This document shows, in pieces, positions 62,898 through 64,000 of a stretch of 64,000 nt of DNA (position 1 is its first letter; every line of letters begins with the position of its first letter). A model generated the notes under the pieces. The model was not told the origin of the DNA and did no database searches. It worked only from the letters and a program-made list of their open reading frames with translations. The position numbers and the translations under genes are program-made. The stretch comes from Pseudomonadota bacterium (lineage in GTDB: Bacteria; Pseudomonadota; Alphaproteobacteria; Rhodobacterales; Rhodobacteraceae). The stretch is from contig JAJXZX010000011.1 in NCBI GenBank assembly GCA_021779835.1, positions 48,046 through 112,045 of the forward strand, given 5' to 3'.

Positions 62898-63797
62898 ATG
62901 CAGCAAGGGATGGCGATGGACAGCACGCAAATGACGAGTGGTAACGGGGTTCTAATCGCGCTGGCGGTTCTTATTCTGCTGGCGGTTTATCTGGGTGTGC
63001 GGATTGTGCCGCAGTCAGAGAAACATGTGGTCGAGCGCTTTGGCCGTCTCAGGGCAGTGCTGGGGCCGGGGATCAACTTCATCGTGCCGTTCGTGGATCG
63101 TGTGGCGCATAAGATCAGCATCCTTGAGCGGCAGTTGCCGACGGCGACGCAGGACGCGATTACCGCCGACAACGTGTTGGTGAAGGTGGAAACCAGCGTG
63201 TTTTACCGCATCACCGAGCCGGAAAAGACAGTGTATCGCATTCGCGACGTGGATGCGGCGATTGCGACCACGGTGGCGGGGATCGTGCGGAGCGAGATCG
63301 GCAAGCTGGAGCTGGATCAGGTGCAGTCGAACCGCACGCAACTGATCGGGCAGATCCGCGAGCATGTGCATGCGATGGTCGATGACTGGGGCATCGAGGT
63401 GACGCGGGCCGAGATTCTGGACGTTAACCTTGATGACCAAACGCGGCAGGCGATGTTGCAGCAGTTGAACGCGGAACGCGCGCGGCGCGCGCAGGTGACC
63501 GAGGCCGAGGGTAAGAAGCGCGCGGTGGAACTGTCGGCCGATGCGCAGCTTTATGCCGCCGAGCAGGTCGCCAAGGCGCGGCGCATTACGGCGGATGCCG
63601 AGGCCTATGCGACCGGCGTGGTGGCGGTGGCGATCAAGGAAAACGGCATCGAGGCGGCGCAGTATCAGGTGGCGCTGAAGCAGGTGGAGGCGCTGACAGC
63701 GGTGGGACAGGGCGCAGGTAAGCAGACGATCATCGTGCCGGCGCAGGCGCTGGAGGCGTTCGGCGATGCGTTCAAGATGCTGAAAGGGCGCGGCTGA
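62898..63797 (+). CDS. SPFH/band-7 (stomatin-like) protein
   Basis: N-terminal TM, SPFH domain (VVERFGRL...PGINFIVPFVD), and a C-terminal coiled coil rich in Ala/Glu/Gln. Confidence 0.88.
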   Translation: MQQGMAMDSTQMTSGNGVLIALAVLILLAVYLGVRIVPQSEKHVVERFGRLRAVLGPGINFIVPFVDRVAHKISILERQLPTATQDAITADNVLVKVETSVFYRITEPEKTVYRIRDVDAAIATTVAGIVRSEIGKLELDQVQSNRTQLIGQIREHVHAMVDDWGIEVTRAEILDVNLDDQTRQAMLQQLNAERARRAQVTEAEGKKRAVELSADAQLYAAEQVAKARRITADAEAYATGVVAVAIKENGIEAAQYQVALKQVEALTAVGQGAGKQTIIVPAQALEAFGDAFKMLKGRG

Positions 63798-64000
63798 TGA
63801 CGTTCGCCTGGTGGGTCTGGGTCGTTGCGGGCTGTGTGCTGGGGATATTTGAGATCCTCGCGCCCGCTTTCGTGTTTCTGGGCTTTGCGATTGGTGCGGT
63901 GCTGACCGGGGTGATCCTGTGGCTTGGGCTGCCGCCCTCGGGGTGGATGGATGCCTCTGGGCCGAAGCATATGGTGGTGTTTGGGGGGCTGTCGCTGCTG
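63797..64000 (+). CDS. NfeD-family membrane protein (partial, continues right of window)
   Basis: Hydrophobic N-terminus MTFAWWVWVVAGCVLGIFEILAPAFVFLGF. Its ATGA overlaps the stomatin stop. This is the classical stomatin-NfeD operon. Confidence 0.7.
   Translation, partial: MTFAWWVWVVAGCVLGIFEILAPAFVFLGFAIGAVLTGVILWLGLPPSGWMDASGPKHMVVFGGLSLL

Overview
High-GC chromosomal segment, visually about 62-65% GC, probably from an alphaproteobacterium of the Rhodobacteraceae/Roseobacter type. The evidence is the gene content and the YlxR-L7Ae fusion between nusA and infB. It is mostly core housekeeping genes: infB(partial)-ylxR-nusA-rimP, dnaK-dnaJ, the lptCAB-kdsD-hpf-ptsN cluster (without rpoN), pnp-rpsO, truB, rbfA, dapB, rsmB, purH, lspA, mutL, rmuC, dinB, one tRNA-Val(GAC) and rpmJ (L36). 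Accessory content is concentrated in three places. (1) An ~10 kb surface-polysaccharide locus at 7.8-18.1 kb. It has a KpsM-like ABC-2 permease, cysQ-kdsB-GT2 (translationally coupled), galU, GT4, two more GT-A-like transferases, a GT14 (Core-2/I-branching) enzyme and a two-domain sulfotransferase. This predicts a sulfated, Kdo-containing polysaccharide. (2) A second mini-locus (RgpF-like protein plus GT2) next to pnp. (3) Several small AT-rich islets carrying an RTX-like Ca-binding repeat protein, a DUF1643/DUF2267 pair, and an XRE-like regulator with a small divergent ORF and a perfect operator-like palindrome. The region at 28.9-30.2 kb is an ORF-free zone made of recognisable frameshifted fragments of a urea ABC transporter (urtA, urtD, urtE). 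A short repeat family (GGGGATATTTTGACCAAAGCAA) sits at three convergent gene termini. Several clean rho-independent terminators and a candidate sigma-32 promoter for dnaK are visible. Two real small genes absent from the ORF track were found by reading the sequence: rpmJ and a DUF1674 protein. No CRISPR array, IS element, integrase or recognisable defence system was seen.
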